Assembly: GCA_041598875.1 (NCBI GenBank)
Contig: JBFHXP010000001.1
Span: forward strand, 26,179 to 90,178
Reading direction: 5' to 3'
From: Desulfobulbales bacterium
GTDB lineage: Bacteria > Desulfobacterota > Desulfobulbia > Desulfobulbales > BM004
DNA length: 64,000 bases
Part shown: positions 37,840-48,294 of the stretch, piece by piece
Layout of the letters: each line of letters starts with the position of its first letter
How positions within the stretch are numbered: position 1 is the first letter of the stretch
Program-made: the position numbers and the translations under genes
Notes under the pieces: generated by a model
Told to the model about the DNA's origin: nothing
Seen by the model: the letters and a program-made list of their open reading frames with translations, nothing else
The model's database searches: none

Positions 37840-38592
37840 ATGCCCGAATCACCCTCCGATATTCTCCACCGACACACCTTTTCCATGCTTGATGTTCCGG
37901 GGCTCTTTCATGGAGTCTACGCACGTCATGGCGGAGAGAGTCCCGCGCCATGGGATTCCCTGAATGTGGGACTTCATGTGGGTGATCTTGCCGCCCATGT
38001 CCGAACCAACCGGGCGCGGATTAAAAAAAATCTTCAGGCAGAAGTTCTTGTTTCCATGCACCAGGTGCATGGCACAAAAATAGTGCCTGTTTCCTCTGTG
38101 CCGGAAAACGATCTTGAAATTCCTGAGTGCGACGGACTGGTGACAAACCTTAAAAATGTGGGACTCATGGTCCAGCAGGCCGACTGCCAGGCGGTGCTCT
38201 TTCACGACCCGGTAAACAAAGCCGTGGGCATTGTCCATGCCGGCTGGCGGGGAAGCGCAGGCAACATCATCGAGGCCTGCATTGCCTCCATGGCGGACAA
38301 TTACGGCACCCGGGCCAAAGAGCTCTTTGCGGCAATCAGCCCGTCACTGGGCCCCTGCTGTTCGGAATTCGTCAATTACCGGAAAGAACTGCCCCCGGAC
38401 CTGCACTCCTTCCAGGTCCAGCCCGATTATTTTGACTTCTGGGCAATCAGCCGCAGCCAGCTCACATCTTCCGGGGTCCTGGAAAAAAATATCAGCATCG
38501 CGGAAGTCTGTACCGTGTGTTCCAAAGACTATTTTTCCTACCGACGGGAACGGACAACCGGCAGATTCTGCTCAATAATCGGGTTGCGCTGA
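37840..38592 (+). CDS. pgeF: YfiH/PgeF family purine nucleoside phosphorylase / peptidoglycan editing factor (DUF152)
   Basis: MHQVHGTKIV, CDGLVT and ADCQAVLF..VGIVHAGWRG motifs. Confidence 0.85.
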   Translation: MPESPSDILHRHTFSMLDVPGLFHGVYARHGGESPAPWDSLNVGLHVGDLAAHVRTNRARIKKNLQAEVLVSMHQVHGTKIVPVSSVPENDLEIPECDGLVTNLKNVGLMVQQADCQAVLFHDPVNKAVGIVHAGWRGSAGNIIEACIASMADNYGTRAKELFAAISPSLGPCCSEFVNYRKELPPDLHSFQVQPDYFDFWAISRSQLTSSGVLEKNISIAEVCTVCSKDYFSYRRERTTGRFCSIIGLR

Positions 38593-39935
38593 TGGGGACC
38601 ACAACCCGCGAACTTGCCATAGAAGCGCACTGCCGCCTGGCGGAAAATCCACGGCCAGTGGAACAGGTTCTTGCCGATCTCCTTGGCGAATTTCCCCTGG
38701 ACGACCCCCGCGACCACTCCTTTCTCCTGGCCCTCATCCATGGCGTCTTCCGGTGGCAGGGATATCTCGACTGGGTCATCGGCCGTTTCTCCAGCCACCC
38801 GGTTAACAAGATGAAACCCCGCACCCTTTCCGCCCTGCGGATCGGCATTTTTCAACTCCTTTTCATGGACCGCGTACCTTCGGCCGCGGCCATAAACGAA
38901 ACCGTGGCCGCCCTTAAACGCTCCCGCCAGCCCAAATGGCTCACCGGCTTTGTCAATGGAGTTCTCAGGGCCGTTGCCCGGGCAACTGATATCCCACCCC
39001 CCTCCGACAGCTCACTCCCGCCTCCGGCCCGCCTCAATCACCCGCAGTGGCTGATCGATCGATGGGCAACCCGCCATGGCATGGAGACCGCGGAAATCAT
39101 CTGCGCGGCCAACAATACCCTGCCCGGCCTCTGCCTCCGCGTTTCCACCAGTAAAATATCAAGGGAAGCGCTGCTCGAAAAGCTCAGGAATTCGGGAGTC
39201 AACGGGCTGGAAGGCTCTTTTTCCCCCGCAGCCATTGTTGTGGAAGAGTACAGGGGAAAGATTACCGACCTGGCCGGCTATGGGGAGGGACTCTTCCAGG
39301 TCCAGGGGGAAGCGGCCCAGCTTGCCACACCCCTTCTTTTTCCGTTGCAGGAAGGTGGCCGTTATCTTGACGGATGCGCCGGGCTGGGCGGCAAGACCAC
39401 CCACATGGCCGAAAAACTCCCGCCAGGGGCGCGACTCACGGCAGTGGAACCGGACCGGGGACGGCTTGCCCTGCTCAGGGAAAACCTGAACAGATTGGCG
39501 CTTGGACCGGTGGTTGACATTTCCAACACATCCCTGGAAGAACATGATGCCCCCCCCGGGTGCTATACCGGCATTCTGGTCGATGCCCCCTGCTCCGGCC
39601 TGGGGGTGATCCGCCGCCATCCCGAGATTCGCTGGCACCGGAGCGAAGCAGATCTGCAGCGCTATCAGGCAAAACAGATCGCACTCCTCGACCGCGCGGC
39701 ACACCTCCTTGCGCCGGGCGGTGTTCTTGTCTATCTCACCTGCTCCACCGAGCCTGAGGAAAATGAGCAGGTGGTGGAGGCCTTCCGCAAGCAGCACCCG
39801 GAGATAACCCAGGAAGACGGCGCCCCGTATCTTCCCCGGGAGGTTGTCGATAAAAACGGGTTTCTCCGGATCATGCCCGGACATGGCGATATGGACGGAT
39901 TTTTCGGCGCCCGCTTGCGAAAAGAGAAGAAATGA
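38592..39935 (+). CDS. rsmB: 16S rRNA (cytosine967-C5)-methyltransferase
   Basis: N-terminal NusB-like domain, a SAM-binding region ([20 protein letters not shown]) and the catalytic TCS motif (VYLTCS). The ATG overlaps the pgeF stop (TGATG). Confidence 0.9.
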   Translation: MGTTTRELAIEAHCRLAENPRPVEQVLADLLGEFPLDDPRDHSFLLALIHGVFRWQGYLDWVIGRFSSHPVNKMKPRTLSALRIGIFQLLFMDRVPSAAAINETVAALKRSRQPKWLTGFVNGVLRAVARATDIPPPSDSSLPPPARLNHPQWLIDRWATRHGMETAEIICAANNTLPGLCLRVSTSKISREALLEKLRNSGVNGLEGSFSPAAIVVEEYRGKITDLAGYGEGLFQVQGEAAQLATPLLFPLQEGGRYLDGCAGLGGKTTHMAEKLPPGARLTAVEPDRGRLALLRENLNRLALGPVVDISNTSLEEHDAPPGCYTGILVDAPCSGLGVIRRHPEIRWHRSEADLQRYQAKQIALLDRAAHLLAPGGVLVYLTCSTEPEENEQVVEAFRKQHPEITQEDGAPYLPREVVDKNGFLRIMPGHGDMDGFFGARLRKEKK

Positions 39936-39963
39936 TTACCATGTAAAAAACCATCCCAAACGA

Positions 39964-40001
39964 CCCCATGACCCTGACGGAAAGGGTTGGGGATTTTTTT
40001 T
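39964..40001 (+). terminator. Probable intrinsic terminator after rsmB
   Basis: ACCCT-GACGGAA-AGGGT hairpin within a longer imperfect stem, followed by T9 (39993-40001). Confidence 0.45.
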
Positions 40002-40022
40002 GTCCGTGCCCTGTAAAAAAAT

Positions 40023-42902
40023 ATGGAACCGAAATTCATCCGCATCCGTGGCGCCAGGATGCACAATCTCAAGAATATCGATGTTGACCTGCCCCGCAAC
40101 CAGCTGGTCGTGCTGACCGGGCTCAGCGGCTCCGGCAAGTCGACCCTGGCCTTTGACACCCTCTACGCCGAGGGCCAGCGGCGATATGTGGAGTCCCTTT
40201 CCACCTATGCCCGCCAGTTTCTCGGACAGATGGACAAGCCGGATGTGGATTCCCTGGAAGGACTCTCTCCCGCGGTGTCCATCGAGCAGCGGACCACCAG
40301 CCGCAACCCCCGTTCCACCGTGGGCACCATCACTGAAATATATGACCACCTCCGCCTGCTCTATGCCCGGGTCGGCCGCCCCTTCTGCCCGGACTGCGGC
40401 CAACAGATCCAACCCCAGTCGATTGAGGATATGGTCGCCGCTCTTGTTGCCCTGCCGGAAAAGACAAAAATCATCCTTCTCTCGCCACTGGTTGACGGCA
40501 AAAAGGGGGAACACCGCGAGATAGTGAAAAAACTCCGCAGCGATGGTTTTGCCCGGGTCCGGATCAACGGCATTATCCATTCCCTGGAGGAGGAGATATC
40601 ACTGGCCAGGACCAGGCGCCACACCATTGAGGCAGTGGTTGACCGGCTGGTTATAAAAGAGGGTGTAACCCGCCGCCTCTCAGATTCGGTGGCCACCGCG
40701 GTTGCCCTGAGCCAGGGATTTCTCCTGGTGGAACTGGTCGATGAAAAAGAGGAAAAAAGGGAGATTCTGTTCAGCGAAAAGGCGGCCTGCGTCTCCTGCG
40801 GCCGCAGCCTGCCGGAACTCTCCACCCAGCTCTTCTCCTTTAACAATCCCAAGGGGGCCTGCACCCACTGCGACGGCCTGGGCATCAAACAGTTTTTTGA
40901 TCCGGACCTGGTGGTGCCCGACCCGACACGCTCCCTTCGTCAGGGCGCGATTGCCCCATCGCCGTGGGGCGGGCATGGCCTGTCAAGCTATGCCGGCCAG
41001 CTTCTCAGCGCCCTGGCAGCCCATTATTCCTTCAGTGTTGACACCCCCTTTGCCAGACTCCCGGACTCGGCCAGACAGGTCATTCTCTACGGCTCCGGCC
41101 GGGAAGAAATTTTTTTTGAATACCAGCGCCACCGCCGCAGACTCACCTCCCGGACCTCCTTTGAAGGGGTCATCCCCCAGCTCTCCAGGCGATACCAGGA
41201 AACATCCTCGCCCATGATCCGCGAGGAGCTGGGCCAGTACATGAACGAGCAGCCCTGTCCCGGGTGCAATGGAGCGCGACTGCGGCCCGAGGCCCTTGCC
41301 GTGAAAATCGGTCCCTGGTCAATTTCCGAGCTGACCGGCCTGAGTATCGAACGGATGATCGCCGAGTTGCCGGCAATAGAGTTTACCAGCCGCGAGCGGT
41401 TGATTGCCGAAAGAATCTTGAAGGAAATCCTCGAACGCCTCTCCTTTCTCGGTGATGTGGGGCTGGGCTATCTCTCCCTTTCCCGCAAGGCCGGCACCCT
41501 CTCCGGCGGCGAGGCCCAGAGGATACGGCTCGCCTCCCAGATCGGCTCCCGGCTGGCCGGGGTGCTCTATATTCTTGACGAGCCAAGCATCGGCCTCCAC
41601 CAGCGCGATAACCAGCGGCTGATCAACACCCTTCTCAGTCTCCGGGATCTTGGAAACACGGTGATCGTGGTGGAGCATGATACCGACACCATACTGGCGG
41701 CCGACCATGTTGTGGACATGGGGCCGGGCGCCGGCCGCCATGGCGGGGAAATCGTTTACAGCGGCCAGGTACCCGGTCTTCTTGCCGATACAAAGTCGCT
41801 TACCGGAGGCTTTCTTTCCGGGCGCCTGGCCATAGATATCCCAGCAAAGAGAAGAAAAATAAAAAGCGGACGGATCTCGATATCCAACGCCACTGCCAAT
41901 AATTTAAAAGATGTTGTTGTGGATTTCCCCCTGTCGACCATGACCTGCGTCACCGGTGTCTCCGGCTCGGGCAAGAGTTCTCTGGTTATTGAGACCCTCT
42001 ACAAGGGGGCGGTTGCCGCGCTCCGGGAAAAGGGCGGCACGGGTTCGGGCGGCGGTGCGCACCTGAAAATAACCGGCCTGGAGAGGATCGACAAGGTCAT
42101 TGATATCGATCAGAGCCCCATCGGCCGGACCCCGCGCTCCAACCCCGCCACCTACACCGGGGTGCTGACCCCGATCCGCGAGTTGCTTGCCCGCCTGCCG
42201 GAGGCCCGGGCCAGGGGGTACAAACCGGGCCGGTTCAGCTTCAACATCAAGGGTGGCCGCTGCGAGGCCTGCGAGGGTGAAGGGGTTATAAAGATTGCGA
42301 TGCACTTCCTGCCTGACATGTATGTCACCTGCGAGGCGTGTCATGGCAGGCGCTACAACCGGGAGACCCTGGATATCATGTACCGGGGGAAAAATATTTC
42401 GCAGATCCTGGCCATGACCGTGCAGGAGGCCCTGGATTTTTTCACCAATATCCCGCCGATAAAAAACCGGCTCCAGACTTTAAACGATGTCGGTCTCGGC
42501 TATATCGCCCTGGGCCAGTCCTCTGTGACCCTGTCCGGCGGCGAGGCCCAGAGAATCAAGCTGGCCCGGGAGCTGGCCAGGCGGAGCACCGGCCGCACCC
42601 TCTATATCCTGGACGAGCCGACCACCGGTCTCCATCCCGCGGATATCCGCCACCTGCTGGCGGTTCTCGGCCGCCTGGTGGACAGCGGCAATACCGTGGT
42701 AATTATCGAGCACAACCTGGATGTGGTCAAGACCGCGGACCATATCATTGATCTTGGCCCCGAGGGAGGAGACCGGGGCGGCAGGATCATTGCCTGCGGC
42801 ACCCCGGAGGAAATCTCCCGGAACGCCCAATCACACACCGGCGCCTTTCTCAGGGAAATTCTCCAAAAAACTTCTTTGCAGGCAGATCCCGATCCGGTAT
42901 AA
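40023..42902 (+). CDS. uvrA: Excinuclease ABC subunit A
   Basis: 959 aa with two ABC ATPase modules (GLSGSGKST and GVSGSGKSS), LSGGEAQRI twice, and zinc-finger Cys clusters. Confidence 0.97.
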   Translation: MEPKFIRIRGARMHNLKNIDVDLPRNQLVVLTGLSGSGKSTLAFDTLYAEGQRRYVESLSTYARQFLGQMDKPDVDSLEGLSPAVSIEQRTTSRNPRSTVGTITEIYDHLRLLYARVGRPFCPDCGQQIQPQSIEDMVAALVALPEKTKIILLSPLVDGKKGEHREIVKKLRSDGFARVRINGIIHSLEEEISLARTRRHTIEAVVDRLVIKEGVTRRLSDSVATAVALSQGFLLVELVDEKEEKREILFSEKAACVSCGRSLPELSTQLFSFNNPKGACTHCDGLGIKQFFDPDLVVPDPTRSLRQGAIAPSPWGGHGLSSYAGQLLSALAAHYSFSVDTPFARLPDSARQVILYGSGREEIFFEYQRHRRRLTSRTSFEGVIPQLSRRYQETSSPMIREELGQYMNEQPCPGCNGARLRPEALAVKIGPWSISELTGLSIERMIAELPAIEFTSRERLIAERILKEILERLSFLGDVGLGYLSLSRKAGTLSGGEAQRIRLASQIGSRLAGVLYILDEPSIGLHQRDNQRLINTLLSLRDLGNTVIVVEHDTDTILAADHVVDMGPGAGRHGGEIVYSGQVPGLLADTKSLTGGFLSGRLAIDIPAKRRKIKSGRISISNATANNLKDVVVDFPLSTMTCVTGVSGSGKSSLVIETLYKGAVAALREKGGTGSGGGAHLKITGLERIDKVIDIDQSPIGRTPRSNPATYTGVLTPIRELLARLPEARARGYKPGRFSFNIKGGRCEACEGEGVIKIAMHFLPDMYVTCEACHGRRYNRETLDIMYRGKNISQILAMTVQEALDFFTNIPPIKNRLQTLNDVGLGYIALGQSSVTLSGGEAQRIKLARELARRSTGRTLYILDEPTTGLHPADIRHLLAVLGRLVDSGNTVVIIEHNLDVVKTADHIIDLGPEGGDRGGRIIACGTPEEISRNAQSHTGAFLREILQKTSLQADPDPV

Positions 42903-42978
42903 ATGCGGCTTAAATCTCACACATTCAAAGAAATCGTATCCCGACGAAAATTAACTCATAACAAAAAGGACCCAGAAC

Positions 42979-43476
42979 ATGACCGATCCAAACACAGCCG
43001 ACGCCAAACCCGAGGCCCCTGTTTTCCGCTTGCAGAAGATGTATATCAAGGACCTTTCCTTTGAAAACCCCAATGCCCCGGAAATTTTCTTCCTCCAGCA
43101 GCCCGGGCCCAAGGTGGACATGAATCTCGGGCTCAAACACAAGAAAATCGACAATGACAACTGGGAAGTAACCCTGTCAATCAACGCGACCATTACCGAT
43201 ACGGCCACGGAAAAGACCTTCTTTGTCCTTGAAATCGAGCATTGCGGGGTCTTTCTCATCAAGAACATCCCGGAGCAGCATCTGGCAGGGGTCTTGAACG
43301 TCGACTGCCCGACCCTGCTCTTTCCCTTTACCCGCCAGGTGGTGAGCCAGCTTTCCCTGGACGGCGGGTTCATGCCCTTTCAGATGGAACCGATCAACTT
43401 CCTGGGGTTGTTCCAGAACAAGATGGCCCAGCAGAAAAAGGCCGGCGAAGAGGGGGCAGCCCCCCAGGCCAACTGA
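42979..43476 (+). CDS. secB: Protein-export chaperone SecB
   Basis: FRLQKMYIKDLSFENPNAP and CPTLLFPFTRQVVS motifs. 165 aa. Confidence 0.9.
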   Translation: MTDPNTADAKPEAPVFRLQKMYIKDLSFENPNAPEIFFLQQPGPKVDMNLGLKHKKIDNDNWEVTLSINATITDTATEKTFFVLEIEHCGVFLIKNIPEQHLAGVLNVDCPTLLFPFTRQVVSQLSLDGGFMPFQMEPINFLGLFQNKMAQQKKAGEEGAAPQAN

Positions 43477-43490
43477 GTTGATGCGCGTTA

Positions 43491-43668
43491 GGGACGCGGA
43501 AAATATTAATATACCATCACGCATCCCGTTTCGGGCCATCTTTGATCTTGCCTCAATCGCAAAATCCTCAGAGTAGCGCTGCTACACCTGCGGTTTTGCT
43601 CAATCGGCGCAACCAAATTTGACCCCAATCCGGGTGCGATCCAGGTACATTAGTATTTTCCGTGTCCC
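43491..43668. repeat. 178-bp long-hairpin element (38-bp imperfect terminal inverted repeats)
   Basis: GGGACGCGGAAAATATTAATATACC... (43491-43528) matches the reverse complement of 43631-43668 (GGGACACGGAAAATACTAATGTACC...). The interior is also roughly palindromic around GTAGC-GCT-GCTAC. Confidence 0.7.
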
Positions 43669-43684
43669 TTCAGTGTTTACGCAC

Positions 43685-43716
43685 AAAAAAAAGCTCCCCT
43701 TGGGGAGCTTTTTTTG
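43685..43716. terminator. Bidirectional intrinsic terminator (secB / secretin gene)
   Basis: An A8 tract, then an AGCTCCCC-TT-GGGGAGCT stem, then a T7 tract. Confidence 0.8.
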
Positions 43717-43734
43717 TGCTGCCAGGAGGAGCTG

Positions 43735-45417
43735 TTACTCGAGAATCTTTGGCTGGAGCATGATCACCAGTTCGGTCTTGGGTTTGCTTTTTGTCTTTTT
43801 GTTGAACAGGTTGCCGAGCAGCGGCAAATCGCCTAAGAAACGAATCTTCTTTTCCTGGGTACTATCTGTCTCCTTGATAAATCCGCCGACAACAAGAATT
43901 TCGCCATTCTTGATCCGGGCAACGGTGTTCATCTCCCGGATATTGACGATCGGCACCCCGATTCGATCCGTGCCAGCGGTAGATTTGATATAGGTGATTT
44001 CGTCTCCCTGCAGGTCCGAAATTACCGGAGTGAGGCTGAGGACAATCTCGTTGTTTTCAGAGATCATCGGCACCACCCCAAGACCGAGCCCGGAAAAGAT
44101 ACTGTCAGTGGAGATGGTCGTGGTCGGCACACCGGTATCGGAAATAGCGGTTTCCTCTTTGGCGATATAGGTGAGATCCTTGCCCACGCTGATCATCGCC
44201 GGCTGGCCATTCAAGACCACGATTCTCGGATTGGAAAGGACCCGGGCCTCCCCTTCCTGCCGTAACAAATTAAGAATCCCAGCGAGAGAACTGGGAACAC
44301 GAATGGATTCTATAACATCCCATGCCCGGGGATCCACATTCCCCCTCATGGGAAATATCTGTCCGGTCCCCCCAAAAAGGGAAACGGTAATTGTATTGCT
44401 GGCTGTAGCGGTGTCACTGTTAAGAAGGTTCGCCCAGTCAATACCGGTTGCGGTCTCATCGGTAAGGGTCACCTCGATTATCTTGGCCTCGATGGAGATC
44501 TGGCGGAAGATTTCACTCTTGAGGTTATCGATATAGGCGGTGATCTTTTCCAAAAGGGGCCGGGGCGCGGTCACGGTGATCAGGCCGATGGGCCTGTCAA
44601 TGGTGTAAAACCCCTTGGCAGCCTGGCGGGCGGTGGCGGTCGGGGCGGGCGCGGTACTCTCTCCGGCTGCCGGTGTGGCCGGTGGGGTAGCCGCTGTGGC
44701 GGCAGGCGCAACCGCCTCGGTCTGGGAATAGATCTCAAGAACCCGGTCGAGGTTGGTCTGGATATTGGTCCAGATATCAAAATTGTTTTCCTGGCTGGTA
44801 ATCTGGTTGCTGGCCGTGGTGCCGCCCAGCACGTTGCCGCCCACCGAGGTGGCATAGTTGGAGTTCATAAAGGGCATTGACACATGGAATTTCCTGGTCT
44901 CATTGTAGCGGACCACAATGGTGTTGCCCTTTACCTCATGGAAATAATCGAGCTGGCGGAGGAGGTTGTCAATGGCCTCGGAAAATTCATCTTCCGCGCC
45001 GATATTGACATCCACCAGGGCATTTTGATTGACATCGCTGGCCCAGCTCACGGTCATCCTTTTCTGGTCGGCAAGAATCTTGAGCACCTCCCGCAAGGCC
45101 ATGGGGGCAAGGGAGGAAATGTCCGCCCCGACCTTCAAGGGTTCGCTCTCGGCATCCGCGGATGTATCCAGTGTATCAAGATCCTTGACTATATAGGTCG
45201 GCTTCTGGAACCGGGCCGGAAGGACCGGTCCCCTCACTGCCTGCTGGTCCGTGCCGGCAGGCGGAGCGTTTCCAGTCTTGGAGGTCAGCGGGGTGCAGGC
45301 GGCAAGCAATACCAAAACCGCGCCTATCCCGGCCCACAGCAATCGTTGTTTTTTTTCACCCATGGAAAATGTCCCTGGTTTTCTGTTCTGCTTCATTCCT
45401 TTCTCCACTTTTTCCAC
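43735..45417 (-). CDS. Type IV pilus-type secretin, lipoprotein form (PilQ/MshL-like C-terminal part)
   Basis: Lipobox LLAAC. An N0/N1-like region is followed by the secretin domain (PRIVVLNGQPAMISVG, VPIVNIREMNTVARIKNGEILVVGG, LGDLPLLGNLF, ELVIMLQPKI). Confidence 0.85.
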   Translation of the reverse strand: MEKVEKGMKQNRKPGTFSMGEKKQRLLWAGIGAVLVLLAACTPLTSKTGNAPPAGTDQQAVRGPVLPARFQKPTYIVKDLDTLDTSADAESEPLKVGADISSLAPMALREVLKILADQKRMTVSWASDVNQNALVDVNIGAEDEFSEAIDNLLRQLDYFHEVKGNTIVVRYNETRKFHVSMPFMNSNYATSVGGNVLGGTTASNQITSQENNFDIWTNIQTNLDRVLEIYSQTEAVAPAATAATPPATPAAGESTAPAPTATARQAAKGFYTIDRPIGLITVTAPRPLLEKITAYIDNLKSEIFRQISIEAKIIEVTLTDETATGIDWANLLNSDTATASNTITVSLFGGTGQIFPMRGNVDPRAWDVIESIRVPSSLAGILNLLRQEGEARVLSNPRIVVLNGQPAMISVGKDLTYIAKEETAISDTGVPTTTISTDSIFSGLGLGVVPMISENNEIVLSLTPVISDLQGDEITYIKSTAGTDRIGVPIVNIREMNTVARIKNGEILVVGGFIKETDSTQEKKIRFLGDLPLLGNLFNKKTKSKPKTELVIMLQPKILE

Positions 45418-45448
45418 TGCACACCGCGCAGGGAGTGTCGATGCGTGC

Positions 45449-47050
45449 TTATCGTATCTGCTGTCCCTGGTTCTGCAGGGCTATCCGGCCGTTGATATAC
45501 CGGATCAGGTCCGCCGGCAACTCGAAACCGGACAGAAGTATGGACTCATACACGGCCGCAGCCTTGCTGCTGTTCCCTTCCTTGTCATGGATCCTCGCCT
45601 TGGCCACCAGTGTTTCCAGGGTATCGCCATAGAGCTGCTCGTGCCGGTCAAGAAGGAGCACCGCCCCCATATTATTGCCGTTTTCCTCATTAAAAAAGGC
45701 ATAGCTCATCAAGGCCTCGCTGGCCGGCGGCGCCGTGTTCTCGCCGCCCTCCCGAATCGCCAGATCAAACAACTCCTTGGCCTCGCCGATTTTCTTCATG
45801 TTCGCCTCGGCAATAGCGGCTATAAGGGCGGCATCGCGATCAACCGGGTCCAATCCAAGAGCGGCCCGGCCATAATAGGCGGCCTTGGAGTGCATCGCCT
45901 TGCGCACCAGGTAGAGTGACGCGATCCGCTTGGCAAGATCGCCATCTTCCGGCCAGGTCGAAAAGGCCTTCTCATACAGGGCCAGAGCCCCGTCAATATT
46001 ACCCGCTTTTTCCAGCCCGCGGCCCTCGGTCACGATCTTTTTCGAGGCAAGGGCCTGCTCGGGAATCTGATCCTTCTGCTCCACGGTCACATTCTGATCT
46101 CTGCCGTCAACCTGTCCTGCCGCACCGCTCGAGCCATCCCCTGCCGGCTTGGCGGTTACCGTAAGAGGCGAGGTTCCGCCCGGCCGTACCGCCAGATTAT
46201 CCACAGCCTGCTGCGGCCAGTCAAACTGTTTGCTCTTGGGGCTGATGACAATGGTTCCGAATCGCTCAACCTTTTGAAGATCCTTGAGGTTCAAAATAAC
46301 ATCAAGGGCAAAATCCCAGGGCACGTTATTGAGGGCCAGGGTCAGGGTACCGCCCACGCCCTCGGCAACCACGATGTTCATGCCGCTTATTTCGCCGAAG
46401 AGTCGAAACACGTTGTGCAGGTCGATCTTGTAAAAATCAACGGAAATACCCATTTTGTTATATCCGGAATAGGCAAAATCCCGCGGCTGGGCAGAGGCGT
46501 CGGTTGGGGGTTCAGCCGAGCCCTCCTCCTGGTGCTGGCGCAGCAGATCGGCGACGATCGCCGATTCCGGCGAAACAGCCGGCCCGGACCCGCTTCCGCC
46601 TGCGTTCGCTGACGGGGCAGGGGCAACCACCTCGGGCAGGAAGGTGGCAACAATATCATCACCACTCCGCTCCACGGAGTATTTATGCTCAGCGGCAAGA
46701 AAGAACTCGAGCCGCGCCAGCGGCGGTTTTTTTTCCGTTTCAATCCGCCCGTTCACCGTGGCCAGCGGCCCGGAAGAAAAGGCAAGGGGCAGGCGAACCG
46801 CCTCTGAAAAGAAGGCATCCGCTATATCAATAACCACCCGCAGGGGATCAAAAAGCTCATACACCGTGTATGTCGGTTGCGATGAGCCCGTTATCCGCAG
46901 CACCAGGTTTTCACCTCTTTTCTCCGCAACAACGCCCTCGATCCGGTAAGAACCTTCTTCGGCCCGGGCCAAAGAGCCCCCCTGCAGAGCTATCAGGGTT
47001 ATCCCCAAGGTAAAAATAAAAAATATGCGCACACTCAGCCTAAGGGTCAT
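45449..47050 (-). CDS. AMIN domain + secretin-N0-like domain + TPR-repeat protein (PilQ N-terminal part fused to a pilotin-like TPR module)
   Basis: Signal peptide, then an AMIN-like segment (LVLRITGSSQPTYTVYELFDPLRVVIDI). An N0-like segment follows (ISVDFYKIDLHNVFRLFGEISGMNIVV..LTLALNNVPWDFALDVIL). The C-terminal ~200 aa consist of TPR-like helices. Confidence 0.75.
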   Translation of the reverse strand: MTLRLSVRIFFIFTLGITLIALQGGSLARAEEGSYRIEGVVAEKRGENLVLRITGSSQPTYTVYELFDPLRVVIDIADAFFSEAVRLPLAFSSGPLATVNGRIETEKKPPLARLEFFLAAEHKYSVERSGDDIVATFLPEVVAPAPSANAGGSGSGPAVSPESAIVADLLRQHQEEGSAEPPTDASAQPRDFAYSGYNKMGISVDFYKIDLHNVFRLFGEISGMNIVVAEGVGGTLTLALNNVPWDFALDVILNLKDLQKVERFGTIVISPKSKQFDWPQQAVDNLAVRPGGTSPLTVTAKPAGDGSSGAAGQVDGRDQNVTVEQKDQIPEQALASKKIVTEGRGLEKAGNIDGALALYEKAFSTWPEDGDLAKRIASLYLVRKAMHSKAAYYGRAALGLDPVDRDAALIAAIAEANMKKIGEAKELFDLAIREGGENTAPPASEALMSYAFFNEENGNNMGAVLLLDRHEQLYGDTLETLVAKARIHDKEGNSSKAAAVYESILLSGFELPADLIRYINGRIALQNQGQQIR

Positions 47051-47610
47051 TCCTCTCCCCCTTTTGTTTTCAGCACCATATCAACATACGTATACCGCTC
47101 ATCACCGGCCATGGAAAAAGATGACTCCCTGATCAGCACCCGGTTGGACGTGATTTCCTCAACAATCCCGGTGCGCCCGATCCGGGTCCCGGTGGTAATC
47201 GCATACCCCTTGCTGGTGGAATCCTGAACCATGGCCATGTACGTGTTGTTCTGCCGCAGGACGATTCCCACCAGGGTCAACTGGCCCGGCTCGAAGCGGC
47301 GCATGCCGGTAAGAACCTCTTCATCCTCCACGCCCTGTTTCTGCACGATCTGTTCCATGGGCATGAAGGGATCCTGCCGCCCCTGCCGGACATACTCAAA
47401 GGCATCATCCGGATCGGAAAAAAGAAGGGCGGCCTTTTCCGCATCGCTCTTGGGCGCAGCCACCCCGGCAACGCCTTCGCCTGCGCCGCCCTCTTCCACG
47501 GGCGGGTCTTCAGCCAGAACCGGCGCTGCCAGCAGAGAACATACCAGGGCCAGAAGGACCAGGGCCAGGCGGCTCAGGTTTATTATTCTTTTTTGGTAGC
47601 TGTTTCTCAT
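47047..47610 (-). CDS. pilP: PilP-like pilus assembly protein
   Basis: Signal peptide and a C-terminal beta-domain (LTLVGIVLRQNNTYMAMVQDSTSKGYAITTGTRIG). Positioned after pilO. Confidence 0.55.
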   Translation of the reverse strand: MRNSYQKRIINLSRLALVLLALVCSLLAAPVLAEDPPVEEGGAGEGVAGVAAPKSDAEKAALLFSDPDDAFEYVRQGRQDPFMPMEQIVQKQGVEDEEVLTGMRRFEPGQLTLVGIVLRQNNTYMAMVQDSTSKGYAITTGTRIGRTGIVEEITSNRVLIRESSFSMAGDERYTYVDMVLKTKGGEE

Positions 47611-47654
47611 TTATAGCGCGCAGAGCAAACCCATTAAAATTATCGTGACAGCAA

Positions 47655-48248
47655 TTACTTAAACCGGTATGTCACCAGGTGGAGTGATGTGCTGAGCACC
47701 ATCTCGTCGTTTTCCATTGTCGGGCCGCTCATCTGGAGATTGAAAGAGGAAACAATACGATCCAGCTTGCTCACCTGATAGAGAAAACTCCCGACATTAT
47801 GATACGGGCCGCGAACCTCAAGGGTCACCGGCACCTCCATATAGAAATCCCGCTCAACTTCGGGCTGTGGAGAAAAATTGATGAATTCAAGCCCAGCACT
47901 GGTTCCCAGGCTGGAGATATTGGTCAGCAGGGAGGGTATGTCCTTCTGCTGGGGCAAAAGGACCGAGGCAATTCTCAATTTCTCCTCAGTGGCTACCATC
48001 TCCGCCTGATGCTTGGGCAGATCGGCCACCGTGGCCCTGACCTCTGCCAGTTCTCCCTCGAGAACGCCCTTTCTCTCTTTCAACCCCTTGATCTCGTCAT
48101 TCATGGGAGAAAAAAGCAAAAAGAAACATGCCGCCACCGGGACAATAAAGGCCGCGGCAAAGATGCCCATCTTCACCTTTGGCGCAAGGGGGGCGACCTT
48201 GTTTTCGAGAAAGGCGTCAAATTGATGTTGTAGTTTTTCCTTGTCCAT
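47655..48248 (-). CDS. pilO: Type IV pilus assembly protein PilO
   Basis: Single N-terminal TM, a coiled coil, and a ferredoxin-like C-terminus. Positioned after pilN. Confidence 0.75.
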   Translation of the reverse strand: MDKEKLQHQFDAFLENKVAPLAPKVKMGIFAAAFIVPVAACFFLLFSPMNDEIKGLKERKGVLEGELAEVRATVADLPKHQAEMVATEEKLRIASVLLPQQKDIPSLLTNISSLGTSAGLEFINFSPQPEVERDFYMEVPVTLEVRGPYHNVGSFLYQVSKLDRIVSSFNLQMSGPTMENDEMVLSTSLHLVTYRFK

Positions 48249-48294
48249 CCGCTTCTGTTGTACTCTTTTTCCCGATCAGGGGGATCACCGCCGG

